A program made the translations under genes and the position numbers. Source: Trichodelitschia bisporula (taxonomy: Eukaryota). From it: a DNA stretch of 64,000 bases. The stretch covers positions 64,364-128,363 of the forward strand of contig ML996696.1 in the NCBI GenBank assembly GCA_010356995.1. Reading direction: 5' to 3'. The notes under the pieces were generated by a model. The model made no database searches and was not told where the DNA came from. It was given only the letters and a program-made list of their open reading frames with translations. Below, piece by piece: positions 62,188 to 64,000 of the stretch. The stretch's first letter is position 1; the number at the start of each line of letters is the position of its first letter.

Positions 62188-63423
62188 AGCGGTTAAATTG
62201 TTGGAAGGTGTAATTATATGCTTGGCTGTTGGGCCTTGTCAATCGCTTGGTTTATTCAACCAGCGCTGTGGATAGTGTGATTGGGGGTGGGCAAGCAAGC
62301 AAGCAACGGCGCGGCATGCGGGGGAGGGCTTAATGAAATCATACACTAGTGATCGGACTGGCTTGTTTTTGCGCTTGGTCTTGTTGGGTGCATCTTTGTG
62401 GCGCTAGGATTGATGGCGTCGGACTTGTTCATTTTTTCTTTTCTTCACGGGGAAGAGAACTTTATGGGAGAGTGTATATAGATGGTAGGCGATATTGAAT
62501 TTGTTGACGCATGGCTTTTACTCCAACGTGGTTCCAGTGAATGGTGAGGTTTGTGGTGTGGTGCTCTGCTCGGGGATGCCGTTGACTCTGCCACGCGGGT
62601 CTTCAGGTGGGTAAAGGCTAGACCTACTGCTTTTGAAGCCTCTAACCTTCGCTAGACATCCCCAACTCATTCATCCAACTGCAGTCTTCGCTCTCCACGT
62701 CAAATTTCTACAACTTCCATATTTCACGTGACACACCCTCGATGCAGCTGACAAAACTCCGAAGGTCCAGTCCTGCCAAAATCTACCCCTCACGCCTGGA
62801 ATACGAGTCGGAAATATACGTCTACGCGGGCCCCAAGGCCTAAGATAAACCACCAATCTCACTTTCCGCCGTCAGCATGTTCCGCAATCTATCGCAAACG
62901 CGCCATCGCGTGCCCCCATCCGGCATAATCAGCAACGGGTATGACGCCGATGGAAGAGCAAAGTACACTCCCAAATATCAACTCACTGCATTCGCTAAAC
63001 TGAGGCTCAAAGTGCACGGCAGCAGTTTCTCCCCAGATGCTCACGTCGATGACATCGATCTGGACCGCCATGCCGTTACTTCGAGATCCAACGCTGTAGT
63101 TCTAGTAAAATCTTAAACACATCCCGTGTCCCGCCATGTATATTGCCCAGCGCCGCATCACCTGCAACAACCTCTCGATCCACCAATCCTCCCCCGATGA
63201 ATGAGAGAGATCCGCCAATCCGCCTCCCCCCGCGCATTTATTCTCCGCAAAGGCGGCACAACCTGCCCCTTCAAGCCCTCCATCTGACCCTCCGCCCGGG
63301 CCGTGCGCGCGTCGCATCCATAAGGTTATATACCCAACGGGCGCGGTGCTCGCGCGTGCTTGCTTCACGACCACCAACCCCAGCTTCACCCATCCTACCG
63401 CCGCCATGCGACCAGACACAAGC

Positions 63424-64000
63424 ATGACAAGCTCACTCTTGCTCGCCCTGCTGGCAAGCGTGGCCCCCCTCGCCGCGGCCCACGGCCATGTCACTGGTAT
63501 TGTGGCGGCGGGGAAGTACTTCACGGGGTATACGCCGAACTTCCAGTACATGAATCCGAAGCCCAAGGTGCCGGCGTGGAGTGCGGGGGGGTATGGGCAG
63601 GGGGGGATTGTGGCGGATGCGTATAATAAGGTATGTTCTCCTCTGGGCTGTATAAGCTCGCACTAGCTCGCCCGCTGCGCTCGTCGACACTCGCTGACAC
63701 TTGCTCGTTCCTTAGATCGACATCGTATGCCACGACAACGCAAAGCCTGGCGAAGCCTACGCCACCGTGCCCGCGGGCTCGAAGATTGATATTCAATGGT
63801 CCCCCTGGGCGGAGTCGCACCACGGGCCCGTCATGGACTATCTCGCGCCCTGCCCGGGGGACTGCCTTACCCTACGCGACGGCTCGGGGCTCAAGTTCAC
63901 TAAGATCGCGGAGAGTGGGCTGATCACGCCCGGCCCGCCGAGCAGCTACGTGTGGGCGACGGATGTGATGCGCAAACGGAACAATACGTGGAGCGTGACG
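63424..64000 (+). CDS. AA9 lytic polysaccharide monooxygenase, 5' part; intron 63631-63715
   Basis: Signal peptide followed by N-terminal His (HGHVTGI), DIVCH, VPAGSKIDIQW, SHHGPVMDYLA, FTKI. Confidence 0.92.

Noticed and set aside
1..64000. Transposase, reverse transcriptase, rRNA, snRNA or telomerase RNA
   Set aside because: No DDE/RT/integrase motifs, LTRs or recognisable conserved RNA signatures were seen by eye.

Overview
Eukaryotic DNA from a filamentous ascomycete (Pezizomycotina; short GT..CTRAC..AG introns, GC-rich). 0-6.4 kb is a compact redox/tailoring enzyme block (FAD monooxygenase 3' end, EthD, cyclase, SDR) plus a spliced ~80-aa secreted Cys peptide missing from the ORF track. 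6.9-22.7 kb is an accessory-like stretch: an intronless non-RD kinase, a small MGCC-lipidated protein, a prolyl-4-hydroxylase-like gene, a decaying CorA-like paralog array, a stop-interrupted acidic gene carrying APC/C-degron-like motifs, and many diverged duplications. 22.9-42 kb holds core genes: eIF3k with an intronic C/D snoRNA candidate, TSR4/PDCD2, a RID/Masc1-type C5 DNA methyltransferase with SUMO-interacting-like motifs, metacaspase, BCK1 MAPKKK and an AKR7-like reductase. 42-64 kb is a beta-1,3-glucan/cell-wall neighbourhood: a GH128 pseudogene, a GH72-CBM43 Gel/Gas gene divergent from FKS1, and a partial AA9 LPMO. The most notable observation is that this FKS1 carries substitutions at echinocandin-resistance positions in both hot spot 1 ([10 protein letters not shown]>T) and hot spot 2 (EWVQHCVI, R>H). 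All gene models were spliced by eye and family calls come from recalled motifs; no database searches were run.
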